DNA of 64,000 bases from a virus (IMGVR_UViG_3300017766_003987:43267-107266); one strand, 5' to 3'; shown: positions 1 through 9,532, counted from the stretch's first letter. The notes: a model not told the origin generated them from the sequence alone. A program made the numbers and translations.

Positions 1-411
1 GTCGCAGCTGGGGCTGGCGTTCTGGTGACCGGTGTCTGTGAAGCTGACAACGCCAACTATCCAGATTGTCGCAAGGTCTTCATAGACTCTGCTTCTCAGA
101 CGATCAACATGGCGCTTGGCATCGACGCTTTCAGTATCGAGACCCCGCTCATGCGCCTGAGCAAGGCTGATACCGCCAAACTCGCATATGCGACGCCGGG
201 CACCTACGCGGCACTGAAATACTCGCATACCGCCTATGACGGCAAATATCCGCCGAACGGGCATGACCATGCGTCGATTCTTCGCGCACATGGGTTTGAG
301 CAGGCCGGCATGCCCGATCCTTTGGTCGTTCGTGCATGGCGTGAGGGCTTGATGGACTTGCCCACAACGTCGAACTACGACACGACCGCAAAGGGTTGGG
401 AACTTCTCTGA
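1..411 (+). CDS. queC: 7-cyano-7-deazaguanine synthase, C-terminal part (truncated by window edge)
   Basis: GVCEADNANYPDCR and TPLMRLSKA motifs typical of QueC; directly upstream of queD. The C-terminal Zn-Cys cluster appears replaced (SHTAY...HDHASILR). Confidence 0.85.
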   Translation, partial: VAAGAGVLVTGVCEADNANYPDCRKVFIDSASQTINMALGIDAFSIETPLMRLSKADTAKLAYATPGTYAALKYSHTAYDGKYPPNGHDHASILRAHGFEQAGMPDPLVVRAWREGLMDLPTTSNYDTTAKGWELL

Positions 412-860
412 TGACCTACCATTCCAGCAAAATGTATGGGCACGAGATCGGCTTATCTTGTGCCTTCCGGCAGTGGCGAGCGGTCGAGAGCCACTGTTCG
501 AAGCTTCACGGCTATGCCATCGCCGTCAAACTCGAGTTTGAGGCAGAAGCTCTCGATCATCGGAACTGGGTGATGGATTTCGGCGGCCTCAAGGCTGTCA
601 AGCAGTATCTCACCGATACTTTCGATCACAAGGTTCTGGTCGCCCACGACGATCCGGATCATGCTCTTTTCAATGACATGGAAGCAATAGGTATTGCCGA
701 CCTAACCCGGGTCGAGCATGTCGGCTGCGAAGCATTCGCCGAAATGATCTATCACTGGATCATTAATTGGATGTTTGTCAATAGTCTTGACAGCAGGGTG
801 CGTCTCACCCGTGTCACTGTCAGCGAACACGGCGCTAATTCCGCCGCTTATTCGGAGTAA
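411..860 (+). CDS. queD: 6-carboxytetrahydropterin synthase
   Basis: CSKLHGY, WVMDFGGLK, FDHK and SEHGANSA motifs; ATG at 411 overlaps the queC stop. Confidence 0.9.
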   Translation: MTYHSSKMYGHEIGLSCAFRQWRAVESHCSKLHGYAIAVKLEFEAEALDHRNWVMDFGGLKAVKQYLTDTFDHKVLVAHDDPDHALFNDMEAIGIADLTRVEHVGCEAFAEMIYHWIINWMFVNSLDSRVRLTRVTVSEHGANSAAYSE

Positions 861-866
861 CATCCT

Positions 867-1724
867 GTGGATGAGAAAACAATCACTGCGCTCGCCGCTA
901 AAGCGGACGCGCGAGTAAAAGCCATGTCGCCCGAAGATCTGGCCAAACTATGGGAAGAGCAGAAGCAAAGCGGGGTGAAGGGCGAAGCTGGTATAGGCAA
1001 CGACCGAGATGAAGTAGAAGTTCGGCAGCCGGTGAGCGAACGAGTTGATAGCAACGGAAGAAAGATTGCTTTCTTCAACGATGGGACGTTTATCAGGGAA
1101 GCTGATCAGACTCAACCCGAAAGAGTCGTTCCTGCGGTAACGCGGCGTCGTGTGGCATCTTCGTTTGAAACGACCATGTCGGACGGTTCTATTCGGCATG
1201 GTGACTGGCTTCAGACTTACACGGGCAAGGCATTCTTCCCGTTCGATCCTCGGCCCGAAGATATCGACATTGAGGATATTGCACATGCCCTCTCCCACCA
1301 ATGTCGCTATGGCGGGCATACCAGCCGTTTCTACTCGGTCGCTGAGCATTGCGTGATCCTCTCAACGAAAGTCGAACCGCAGTATGCCTTGGCGGCACTG
1401 ATGCACGATTGCGCCGAAGCGTACCTGGTCGACATTCCTCGCCCTGTGAAATACTCGCTTGTCGGGTATAAAGAACTCGAAGTTCTGGTCGAAAAAGCAA
1501 TCGCTGCGAAATTCAATTTGCAGTATCCTTGGCCTGAACAAGTCATGGCTTTCGATACCCGGATGATCCGCGACGAAGGTAACGAGCTCATGGGCGGCGG
1601 GGTCAACGACTGGAACAAATACGGCGAGACGCTCGACGCTCGCCCGTTTGGGGTGACCCCTATCGTCGCCAAGCAGGCATTCCTGCGCCGCTTTCACGAA
1701 CTACATCAAGAGGGAGCCATTTAA
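867..1724 (+). CDS. HD-domain 5'-deoxynucleotidase (YfdR/YfbR-like) with N-terminal extension
   Basis: IDIEDIAHALS..CRYGGH..YSVAEH..ALMHDCAEAY motifs. Confidence 0.8.
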   Translation: MDEKTITALAAKADARVKAMSPEDLAKLWEEQKQSGVKGEAGIGNDRDEVEVRQPVSERVDSNGRKIAFFNDGTFIREADQTQPERVVPAVTRRRVASSFETTMSDGSIRHGDWLQTYTGKAFFPFDPRPEDIDIEDIAHALSHQCRYGGHTSRFYSVAEHCVILSTKVEPQYALAALMHDCAEAYLVDIPRPVKYSLVGYKELEVLVEKAIAAKFNLQYPWPEQVMAFDTRMIRDEGNELMGGGVNDWNKYGETLDARPFGVTPIVAKQAFLRRFHELHQEGAI

Positions 1725-2293
1725 TGGCCATGTTGCGCGATTACCCCGTAGGCATCGAACAGGCCACTCGGCTTCTGCTTGACGAGATCGGCGAAGATAT
1801 TGATCGCCCCGGCTTGCTCGAGACGCCTGAGCGCGTCGCCAAAGCGTGGGCCGAATGGACTTCCGGTTACGACATGGACCCCAAAGAGGTCATCAAGATC
1901 TTCGAAGAGGGCGACTACAATGAGATGGTGATTGTCAAGAACATTCCCATCTATTCGAAGTGTGAACATCACCTTGCCGATATCTTCGGCACAGCTACAA
2001 TTGCCTACATTCCGCAGGGTAAGGTTCTCGGCTTATCAAAGCTTTCCCGTCTCGCCAACGTCTTCGCTCGCCGCCTCCAGGTTCAGGAACGCATGACAGT
2101 GCAGATTGCAGACGCTCTTTTCAAGAGTGACCTGGACCCGAAAGGCGTTGGCGTTCAGCTGCGTTGCCGACACATGTGCATGGAATCTCGAGGCACCAAC
2201 CAGCAGGGTCATCATACGGTGACAACTGCATTGCGTGGTGTTTTGTTTGCCGGCGAACCCCGCGCCGAATTCCTCGCCGCGGTTGGAGGGTAA
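1724..2293 (+). CDS. folE: GTP cyclohydrolase I
   Basis: GLLETPERVA, CEHHL, GLSKLSR, RRLQVQER and HMCMESRG motifs. Confidence 0.95.
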   Translation: MAMLRDYPVGIEQATRLLLDEIGEDIDRPGLLETPERVAKAWAEWTSGYDMDPKEVIKIFEEGDYNEMVIVKNIPIYSKCEHHLADIFGTATIAYIPQGKVLGLSKLSRLANVFARRLQVQERMTVQIADALFKSDLDPKGVGVQLRCRHMCMESRGTNQQGHHTVTTALRGVLFAGEPRAEFLAAVGG

Positions 2294-2294
2294 A

Positions 2295-2714
2295 ATGAAC
2301 CTAGCAATTCGCATTCTCGTCATTATGGCGCTTGGCGCCTGGACCATCTGGCCTGAGCCGTGGGGCTTCGGCATGTTCACGCTCGGCATGATCAGCGTTA
2401 ACCCCGTAGTAGGCCTGACAATGGCCATCCTGTGGACGATTGTCGTCTTCACTGTGCTGCCGCTCAAGCTTCGGCACTACAAGCTCGGAACTCAGATCGC
2501 ACTTGTCGCGATGATACTGGTCATGCACTATCAGGCATATGCGATGGGTTTCATTTCGCTAGCGAACTACGCGCCTTGGCTGATCTCGTTCGCCATGTCG
2601 GGAATTTTCGTTCTGGTGGCCTGGCCTATGATCGCCAATAGGCTCTGGCAGTGGACCCATTACCAGCGTGCCGTCGATCCGCAGACCGCGGATGTTAACG
2701 AGCACTCGCACTGA
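2295..2714 (+). CDS. membrane protein
   Basis: Four hydrophobic segments; GGAGG SD before ATG 2295. Confidence 0.65.
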   Translation: MNLAIRILVIMALGAWTIWPEPWGFGMFTLGMISVNPVVGLTMAILWTIVVFTVLPLKLRHYKLGTQIALVAMILVMHYQAYAMGFISLANYAPWLISFAMSGIFVLVAWPMIANRLWQWTHYQRAVDPQTADVNEHSH

Positions 2715-2751
2715 TCTGTAAAGATCGAGACGGCCCCCGGCGCGGAGTGAG

Positions 2752-3936
2752 ATGACGATGAAAGATTTTCTGATTTACGGCAAGCATGACGAAAACACGC
2801 TTGCGCAAATGACGACTTGCATGGCGTTTGACGACGCTGCGGCAGGCGTACTCTGTGCGGATGGGCATCTTGGTTATGCCCATCCCATCGGGGGTGTGGT
2901 CGGTTATACTGACCACATTAGCATTAGCGGTGTTGGTTTTGATATTGCTTGCGGCAACATGGCTGTGCGTCTTGACGCTCGCGCCGATGACATTCGTCCA
3001 CAGGTAGGGAAAATCTTGGCTGATATCGCAGCTGTTGTGAGCTTCGGCGTCGGTCGATCCAACGACGAGAAGGTCGATCACGATTTGTTCGATAGCCGGC
3101 TCTGGGAAGATGCCGGGGTGCCTGAACTGAAGACGATGGCTCGCAATCAGCTTGGGACCGTCGGATCAGGAAACCATTACGTCGATCTTTTCGAAGATGA
3201 TGCAGGGTTTGTCTGGATTGGCAACCATTTCGGATCGCGTGGCCTCGGACATAAAATCACGACCAAGTACCTGGAGCTTGCTGGGGCCAAAGACGGGATG
3301 CTCGTTCCTCCTGCGTTGGTTCCGGCAGACGACGATCTCGGACGCGGCTATATGGCGGGCGTTGAGCTGGGAGGTCTGTATGCTTACGCTGGTCGTGAGT
3401 GGGTGATTGAGCGCGTGCGCAAGATCATCGGCGGCAACGTCACGTTCTCGGTTCACAATCACCATAACTGGTGTTGGCGTGAAACCCATAACGGGATTGA
3501 CATGTGGGTTGTTCGAAAGGGTGCTACGCCGGCATTCCCCGGGCAATACGGCTTCGTCGGCGGATCGATGGGCGATGACGCGGTGATCCTTCGCGGTATT
3601 GATAGTCCGCTTTCGAAAGCTTCGCTCTATTCCACGGTTCACGGGGCGGGGCGTATCATGTCACGCACCGAGGCACGCGGTCGTTTCGTTCGAGATCCTA
3701 TTACCAAAAAGAAAGAGCGTCAACCCGGTCGAGTTCGTCATGACGAATGGCAGAACTGGATACGTGACAAGGGCGTTACGTTGATTGGAGCGGACTTGGA
3801 CGAGGCGCCCCAGGCATATCGTCGTCTTCCTGAGGTCCTTGCAGCTCATGCCGGCACGGTAGAGATCATGCATACTTTGCATCCGTTTGGGGTCATCATG
3901 GCCGGCGCAAACGAATTCGATCCTTACAAAGATTAA
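2752..3936 (+). CDS. rtcB: RtcB-family RNA ligase (2',3'-cyclic phosphate / 5'-OH)
   Basis: DGHLGY, GFDIACG, GSGNHY, HFGSRG, HNH, RKGAT, HGAGR and DEAPQAY motifs. Confidence 0.95.
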   Translation: MTMKDFLIYGKHDENTLAQMTTCMAFDDAAAGVLCADGHLGYAHPIGGVVGYTDHISISGVGFDIACGNMAVRLDARADDIRPQVGKILADIAAVVSFGVGRSNDEKVDHDLFDSRLWEDAGVPELKTMARNQLGTVGSGNHYVDLFEDDAGFVWIGNHFGSRGLGHKITTKYLELAGAKDGMLVPPALVPADDDLGRGYMAGVELGGLYAYAGREWVIERVRKIIGGNVTFSVHNHHNWCWRETHNGIDMWVVRKGATPAFPGQYGFVGGSMGDDAVILRGIDSPLSKASLYSTVHGAGRIMSRTEARGRFVRDPITKKKERQPGRVRHDEWQNWIRDKGVTLIGADLDEAPQAYRRLPEVLAAHAGTVEIMHTLHPFGVIMAGANEFDPYKD

Positions 3937-4259
3937 TGAGCCGTAAACCGGGTCTTATCAAACTGAGACTCCGCTTGCACCCGCACGCGGAGTTTCTTTT
4001 TGCTGAAATGGCCAACCAGCAATGCACCGCGCAACAGATGGCAGAGCGTTCAGGTGTCTCGAAAGCAACAATATTCAACTGGTCGCAGGGTAGATCCAAT
4101 CCCGGGATGATCGATCTGGAAGCTTGCCTCAACGTTTTAGGCTTTTCGCTTGTGATCCGCAAGCAGTTAACACAGCCCAGCAAACACCTTGCCACCCATC
4201 CACAGGGATGCGATTGTCGGCATTGCAAAACGCAGACAAAAGGAACTCCTGATGCGTGA
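3936..4259 (+). CDS. XRE-family HTH protein
   Basis: TAQQMAERSGVSKATIFNWSQGRSNP helix-turn-helix. Confidence 0.75.
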   Translation: MSRKPGLIKLRLRLHPHAEFLFAEMANQQCTAQQMAERSGVSKATIFNWSQGRSNPGMIDLEACLNVLGFSLVIRKQLTQPSKHLATHPQGCDCRHCKTQTKGTPDA

Positions 4260-4530
4260 TCCCAACGACGAACCGCACTTTTATCAGACGGGTGCACTTT
4301 CCGAAAAGAACATCGTCCTGCTCGCTGAGGCGTGCCGCGCCTATTCGCAGGTCGATGGCGTCGATCTCCAGAAGACAGACGACCTGATTGCTCTCGCCGA
4401 GCACTTCGAAGACGCAGAGGGCAACCTCATTCCTGTGGACGGGCCCGACACGGTCAATGCCGAGGAAGAAGGGCTCGAGATCGAAGACGAAGATGGCGAC
4501 GACGATCTCACCGAGGGTGACGACGACTAG
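4252..4530 (+). CDS. hypothetical protein with acidic C-terminus
   Basis: AAGGA SD; Asp/Glu-rich tail; followed by a terminator. Confidence 0.6.
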   Translation: MRDPNDEPHFYQTGALSEKNIVLLAEACRAYSQVDGVDLQKTDDLIALAEHFEDAEGNLIPVDGPDTVNAEEEGLEIEDEDGDDDLTEGDDD

Positions 4531-4554
4531 GCAATCGTCAAAGTCGCTTCTTCA

Positions 4555-4591
4555 GTTGTCCCACACTGCAAGGTGTGGGACAACTTGTTTT
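4555..4591 (+). terminator. intrinsic terminator
   Basis: GTTGTCCCACAC/GTGTGGGACAAC 12-bp stem followed by TTGTTTT. Confidence 0.75.
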
Positions 4592-4609
4592 CAATAGGAG
4601 CCCCATCGC

Positions 4610-4852
4610 ATGTCTGCTGATCATGACGCCGAAAAAGAACTAATCGCTTTGTCCAAGGATCAGCGCTTGTTCTTTGAAAAGCTGATGCCTGGGATGAAGC
4701 TTTACCCGTATCAGGAAGAGTTAATTTCTGCAATTCTGAACGGCAAAGTTACTCGGAAGCTTATAATGCATCGTCGGCCCATTGGCAAAACCCCGATGAT
4801 GCGAGCTGTTGAAAAATATCTCGAAGAGCATCCTAATGCCGACAAACAATAG
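4610..4852 (+). CDS. hypothetical protein
   Basis: AGGAG SD; tightly packed ORF. Confidence 0.55.
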   Translation: MSADHDAEKELIALSKDQRLFFEKLMPGMKLYPYQEELISAILNGKVTRKLIMHRRPIGKTPMMRAVEKYLEEHPNADKQ

Positions 4853-5015
4853 CTCCGAAGATGATTGGGAATTCGAAGAGGTCGTTCCTGACCAGTGGCG
4901 CTGCGAAGACTGCGGCCATGAGTTCACGAAGAAATGGCCTCCGAAGGGCGTCGAAGCGAAGCCTTGCAAATGCCCGAAATGTAAGTCATATTCAGCAGCG
5001 CCTGTGGGGAGATAG
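4836..5015 (+). CDS. small zinc-ribbon protein
   Basis: CEDC...CPKC motif. Confidence 0.55.
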   Translation: MPTNNSSEDDWEFEEVVPDQWRCEDCGHEFTKKWPPKGVEAKPCKCPKCKSYSAAPVGR

Positions 5016-5017
5016 AC

Positions 5018-5317
5018 ATGTCGGGATACCGTAAGAGTTGGGGTCAGGTAATGAACCGCCTTATTGAGATTCGGGGCAAGGAAAAGAACGAAGACTTCTT
5101 CCTTATCGAATGCAAGGGCGACCAAGTCACGTTTGAATACGTCCTTGAGTGCGAGATCAATACGTTGCCGACGGCTGAATTTGTCGACTTGCTTGAGCAG
5201 GCTGAAATTCTCTATTTGCCATCCCCTGAGCTTGCGCAGAAGATTACTTCGGATGGGATTACCGAGCTTTCGAAGCTGAAAGAAAAACTTGCCGCTCAAG
5301 GGATCATTGTTGAATGA
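5018..5317 (+). CDS. hypothetical protein
   Basis: GGAG SD; stop overlaps the next start. Confidence 0.55.
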   Translation: MSGYRKSWGQVMNRLIEIRGKEKNEDFFLIECKGDQVTFEYVLECEINTLPTAEFVDLLEQAEILYLPSPELAQKITSDGITELSKLKEKLAAQGIIVE

Positions 5318-5646
5318 GGATGTGGGATGTTCCGCCTGCGACAATGTGTCGGCAACATTTGCTCGGTGAGCATCTCGAGATGCACATGTTTGTAGGTGCT
5401 ATCGCCAAGGGCACGAGCATGTATGGCTATATCGAGAATGGACTTCTCGACGTGTCAAAGCTTCAATCTCGGCACGACGAGCTGGTCACCGAAATGACCA
5501 ATCGCGGCATGAAACACAAATCCCCGTTGCCTGAGATCCCCGAGCATCCGTGGCGTGCCGAAGCGATTGACGTTAATGTCAGTCTGCTCGAGCTCGCGCA
5601 TAGGTGCGCTGAGTGTCAGAAGCTACAGGACGCATATTACAAGTGA
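5314..5646 (+). CDS. pyrimidine-dimer DNA glycosylase / endonuclease V-like
   Basis: MRMW..P..MCRQHLLGEHLEMH and RHDELVTEMTNRGMKHKSPL motifs of DenV-like proteins. Confidence 0.8.
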   Translation: MRMWDVPPATMCRQHLLGEHLEMHMFVGAIAKGTSMYGYIENGLLDVSKLQSRHDELVTEMTNRGMKHKSPLPEIPEHPWRAEAIDVNVSLLELAHRCAECQKLQDAYYK

Positions 5647-5815
5647 AGTTTGTATATACGCCTACCGAGTTTTGTGAATATATAATCCGCAGTCGTCTTG
5701 AACCTGGAATCCCCTTAATAGTCGACCGGAGACCTCTCCCTTACACGACAGGGGAACCTAGCTGGGTTTACAGCAAGTGTCGAGAACGAAACCTAGAAAA
5801 GACGGTTGAGATAGA

Positions 5816-6718
5816 ATGAGGCTCTTTAACGCCGGTATCTATACGTCGAATTTTGACAAGCTGGGCACCGTGTATGCTAGACTCACGGACAGTGAGCGTG
5901 CAATGCGCGATAGCTGCGCCAACTTCCTCGAGTCTTATCATTACGTGCATTCGCAGCGATACGTTGACAAGATGCGCCGTGACGGTATCAAAGTTTTTCT
6001 CGATTCCGGGGCGTTCTCGGCTTTCTCACAGGGCATCTCGGTCGATATAAATGCATACTGCGATTACATCCACAGGAATGATGATATCATCGAATTTCCA
6101 TCTGTGCTTGACGCCATCGGTGATCCTGATGGAACCTGGCGCAACCAAGAAGAGATGGAACGACAAGGCACGCACCCCCTCCCCTGCTATCACTATGGCG
6201 AGCCGGTTGAAGTTTTGCAGTATTACATCTCAAAGTACGAATACATAACCATCGGTGGCATGGTGCCAATTTCGACTCCTCAGCTCAAGATTTGGCTTGA
6301 CCGAATTTGGGCGGAGTTCTTGACGCATGAAGACGGCACCCCAAAAGTTAAAGTGCATGGGTTTGGTTTGACTTCGCTCCCTCTTATGTTCAGGTACCCG
6401 TGGTATAGCGTGGATTCGTCAACATGGGTGCAGTGGGCGGCAAATGGCATGATCCTGATCCCCGGCAAGGCTGGGCAGGTTGACGTTTCGAACAAGTCGA
6501 GTCGTCGTAAACAGCGCGGCCAGCACATGGATAGCGTGGCGCCCCTCGAAACAGCCGCAATCGAGAACGAGATCCAAAGTTTCGGTGGTGACCCCGAACG
6601 CCTTCGCGATCTATACTATTCTCGTTGGGCCTGGAACGCATGGGCCTTCCCGACTTATGCTAAGGACAAGCACTGGGAGGGAGATAAATTTGAAACCATC
6701 GAACAACGCTTGTTTTGA
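5816..6718 (+). CDS. DpdA/TGT-like DNA deazaguanine transglycosylase
   Basis: FLDSGAFS, LDAIGD, HGFG and SVDSSTW motifs; queC/queD/folE nearby. Confidence 0.7.
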   Translation: MRLFNAGIYTSNFDKLGTVYARLTDSERAMRDSCANFLESYHYVHSQRYVDKMRRDGIKVFLDSGAFSAFSQGISVDINAYCDYIHRNDDIIEFPSVLDAIGDPDGTWRNQEEMERQGTHPLPCYHYGEPVEVLQYYISKYEYITIGGMVPISTPQLKIWLDRIWAEFLTHEDGTPKVKVHGFGLTSLPLMFRYPWYSVDSSTWVQWAANGMILIPGKAGQVDVSNKSSRRKQRGQHMDSVAPLETAAIENEIQSFGGDPERLRDLYYSRWAWNAWAFPTYAKDKHWEGDKFETIEQRLF

Positions 6719-6730
6719 AAGGACAAACGT

Positions 6731-7807
6731 ATGAACTTCCGCAACTCCCTGATGGCAATTGCACTTGCAGTCGCTGCATTCTCGGCTCCGGTATTTGCGC
6801 AGACCGCGCCGCCCGCCGCCGACGTAACCCTGAGCCTCACAGCGAACATGCCGAACCTCAAGGATGCCAAGGCACTCAACACTTTCTCCGGCAAGATCAT
6901 CGATGCGCAGCTTCGCGAGACGTCGATTCTGAAGTGCACGGCGGGTCGTTCGAAGTGGGCAGTGTTCCACGAGAACAAAACCTGCGCTTCTCAGCCGGGT
7001 TCGGGCACTGAATTGTTCATCGCCAAGACGAATACATGGGTCCCGCGCGTGCTTCTCGGTGGCTTCTACGAAGTTCAGGAGGATGGCACGACTGAAGGGT
7101 CCACCCTCGTCTATGACTATCAGGCGGTCGGTGCAGTTGCCCCGAGCAAGGGCGCGTTCGGCGGTTCGCTTCTGCTGAAGCCTGAGCTCGCTTCGACAGG
7201 TGCCAAGGGTCTGGTGGACGACGTCCTCGGCGGTCTGACAAAGCAGGCTGGTTCGGCGGTGATCAACAAGGAAACGGACACCATCACGTTCGCCAACTTT
7301 TGCCTGCCGTCGGCGGGTTACCCCTCCGATAAAGGGACTTGCTTCAACGGTGACGCGGTATATAGCTACCAGAATTATGCCTGGTTCTTCCGCGTCAATG
7401 CGAAGTTCAAGGATCAGGACATCCGTCTGGAAGGCAACATGCCCTTCACCACGCCAGCCATCCCCGAGAATGTCGACCCGAACAAGCCTGCTGTTACTGA
7501 ATACAATGTCAGTCTTCAGATCCCCGGCCAGGTTGCCGCCTCCACCACCACCGACGATGACGCTGCCCTCTTCGCAGAGTTCGATCCCGACGCCGGTCTG
7601 TCTGCCCTGCCGAACGGTATTTCCGGCAAGCTCACGATGAAGAACTCGGCTTACACCGAAGTCGCAATCGGTCAGGAAACCATCCTCGCAGCGACCGCGG
7701 TTCAGCTTGATGGCACGCTTCACGGTACGGGAATCCCTCTCGAGGTCGTTCGTGCCTTCGGCAAGCTGATTGTCGAGATTCTGCCTGAGACCTTCGTCGG
7801 TCCGTAA
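6731..7807 (+). CDS. secreted/periplasmic protein of unknown function
   Basis: Sec signal peptide (MNFRNSLMAIALAVAAFSAPVFA); strong SD; followed by a hairpin. Confidence 0.75.
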   Translation: MNFRNSLMAIALAVAAFSAPVFAQTAPPAADVTLSLTANMPNLKDAKALNTFSGKIIDAQLRETSILKCTAGRSKWAVFHENKTCASQPGSGTELFIAKTNTWVPRVLLGGFYEVQEDGTTEGSTLVYDYQAVGAVAPSKGAFGGSLLLKPELASTGAKGLVDDVLGGLTKQAGSAVINKETDTITFANFCLPSAGYPSDKGTCFNGDAVYSYQNYAWFFRVNAKFKDQDIRLEGNMPFTTPAIPENVDPNKPAVTEYNVSLQIPGQVAASTTTDDDAALFAEFDPDAGLSALPNGISGKLTMKNSAYTEVAIGQETILAATAVQLDGTLHGTGIPLEVVRAFGKLIVEILPETFVGP

Positions 7808-7817
7808 TCCTATCAAT

Positions 7818-7843
7818 ACACCCCGGCAATCGTGTCGGGGTGC
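7818..7843 (+). terminator. hairpin, possible terminator
   Basis: CACCCCGGCA/TGTCGGGGTG stem; weak U-tract. Confidence 0.45.
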
Positions 7844-7864
7844 AACTTCCAGAATTGCTTTATG

Positions 7865-7950
7865 GCTTAGTCGATACGGGGCAGGACCGTAGCCGTGACC
7901 GAAGAGGGAAACCTCCAAGTTAGGCATGTGGTGTAACACTTCGACTAAGC
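7865..7950 (+). ncRNA. 86-nt four-way-junction structured element upstream of pnuC
   Basis: Perfect 10-bp closing stem GCTTAGTCGA/TCGACTAAGC, three internal arms including GAGG-GAAA-CCTC, flanked by TTTATG direct repeats. Confidence 0.55.
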
Positions 7951-7989
7951 TTTATGGCAATTACGGTAATCAAAAGGAACCCCGTAAAA

Positions 7990-8847
7990 ATGAACTATAT
8001 CAAGCAGTTTCGCACGTTCTACTTTCCCGACCCCGGCACGATTACCTGGCGAGACTATCTCTGGCGCTCGTTCATAGTCGGCCTCTTTTTCACGAGCATT
8101 TCGTGGCTTGCAGTCAAGCTTTTCGGGGTCGATGCGTCGATGACGCCGCTCGAGATCGCCGCAGTGAGCACGAGTTTCGCTTGCACGTACCTGTGCAACA
8201 TCCAATCGCGCATGAACTACCCGCTGGGTATGATCACTACCGCGCTTTATGCTTGGCTCACGTTTGACGCCGGCCTGCTGGGTTCTGCCGCGCTGAACAT
8301 CTACCTTGTTCCTGTTCTCGCGTACGGTTGGTTCCGATGGGGCAAGGACAAATCGACCCGTCCTGTTGCCCATCTCAATGCGTGGTACATTCCGATCTAT
8401 CTCATCCTCACTGTCATTGTGTGGATCTTTTGCTCGGTAATTGTCACATCGCTTGGCGGACAACTCGGTCCGTGGGATACTGCTATTCTCGTTCTCAGCG
8501 TGCTAGCGCAGCTCCTGCTTGACAACAAGAAGCTGGAAACCTGGATCATCTGGGTTTTAGTCAATCTGGTTGCCCTTTACGTTTACTCGACGCAAGGCCT
8601 TTGGCTGGTTACCGCGCAGTACGTGTTCTTCTTGATCAACACCAGCATCGGCTGGATGGAATGGCGACGCATCTATGCGAAGAATAAAGCCAACGAGATC
8701 ATGCAACGAACCTTGCATGAAGGCACAACGCCCGAGTATGTGAAGGGCGATCTTTACTACCCTCAGACAACGGGTCGAGGGCTTCGCCGCACTCCCAAGG
8801 GTCCCCCGGACATTCGCGAGTGGGACGATAGCGATTACAGGGGCTGA
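7990..8847 (+). CDS. pnuC: nicotinamide riboside transporter
   Basis: Multi-pass membrane protein with LEIAAV, YGWFRW, AQLLLDNKKLETWIIW and GWMEW motifs; AAGGA SD before ATG 7990. Confidence 0.85.
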   Translation: MNYIKQFRTFYFPDPGTITWRDYLWRSFIVGLFFTSISWLAVKLFGVDASMTPLEIAAVSTSFACTYLCNIQSRMNYPLGMITTALYAWLTFDAGLLGSAALNIYLVPVLAYGWFRWGKDKSTRPVAHLNAWYIPIYLILTVIVWIFCSVIVTSLGGQLGPWDTAILVLSVLAQLLLDNKKLETWIIWVLVNLVALYVYSTQGLWLVTAQYVFFLINTSIGWMEWRRIYAKNKANEIMQRTLHEGTTPEYVKGDLYYPQTTGRGLRRTPKGPPDIREWDDSDYRG

Positions 8848-8848
8848 A

Positions 8849-9532
8849 ATGCGTATCATCGGCGGGCACGATTACTACGACGGCGTGATTCCTTTCGACA
8901 GCGATAGGGAACGCGTATTCGTCCGAGACCACAAGACTATCGAGCTCGTGCCCGTCGATAACAGCAGATTGCAGATCAAATCTACAGCAAGACCTGTGCT
9001 GCGTGGGATCGAGAAACTTGAGGTGATCTTCTGCGGAAAGCGTTATCGCGGAATCAGGATCAAAGAGACGACACGCCAATACCAACCGCTGATTGATGTC
9101 TTCGCTTGGACGGCGGAGCGAGCCCTTCAGCATCTCGAGTTTGATGATCGCCCCGCTTGGCGAACGCCGGATGGCGAGCAGATTTACTCGCAGGACGTAG
9201 GCCGATACTTCGCCCCTACCCCTGTGGACGAGAAAACGTTCGCCCTGCTTCGCCAGCAGAAAATCCTGATTGCTATTGCGCAGCACGAAGGATTCTCAAA
9301 TAAATCTACTTGGCGCGTTAACTCGGCTGAGTTGAAGTATTTGCATTTTGGCTCGATCATGCCGGCGTGGGAAGCGTATCAGGAGCTTGAAATGTTCCTC
9401 GGTACAATTCTGGTGAACGATGACGACCAAATGGTTAAGGTCAGCGAGCAATCGAAACTTGTCAAGCACGGGTTTGACAAGTGGAGTTTCAAGAATCCCA
9501 TCCACAGGAATAAACCGAGAGGTGCAAAGTGA
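8849..9532 (+). CDS. hypothetical phage protein
   Basis: Long ORF with DYYD N-terminus and KHGFDKWSF C-terminus. Confidence 0.65.
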   Translation: MRIIGGHDYYDGVIPFDSDRERVFVRDHKTIELVPVDNSRLQIKSTARPVLRGIEKLEVIFCGKRYRGIRIKETTRQYQPLIDVFAWTAERALQHLEFDDRPAWRTPDGEQIYSQDVGRYFAPTPVDEKTFALLRQQKILIAIAQHEGFSNKSTWRVNSAELKYLHFGSIMPAWEAYQELEMFLGTILVNDDDQMVKVSEQSKLVKHGFDKWSFKNPIHRNKPRGAK

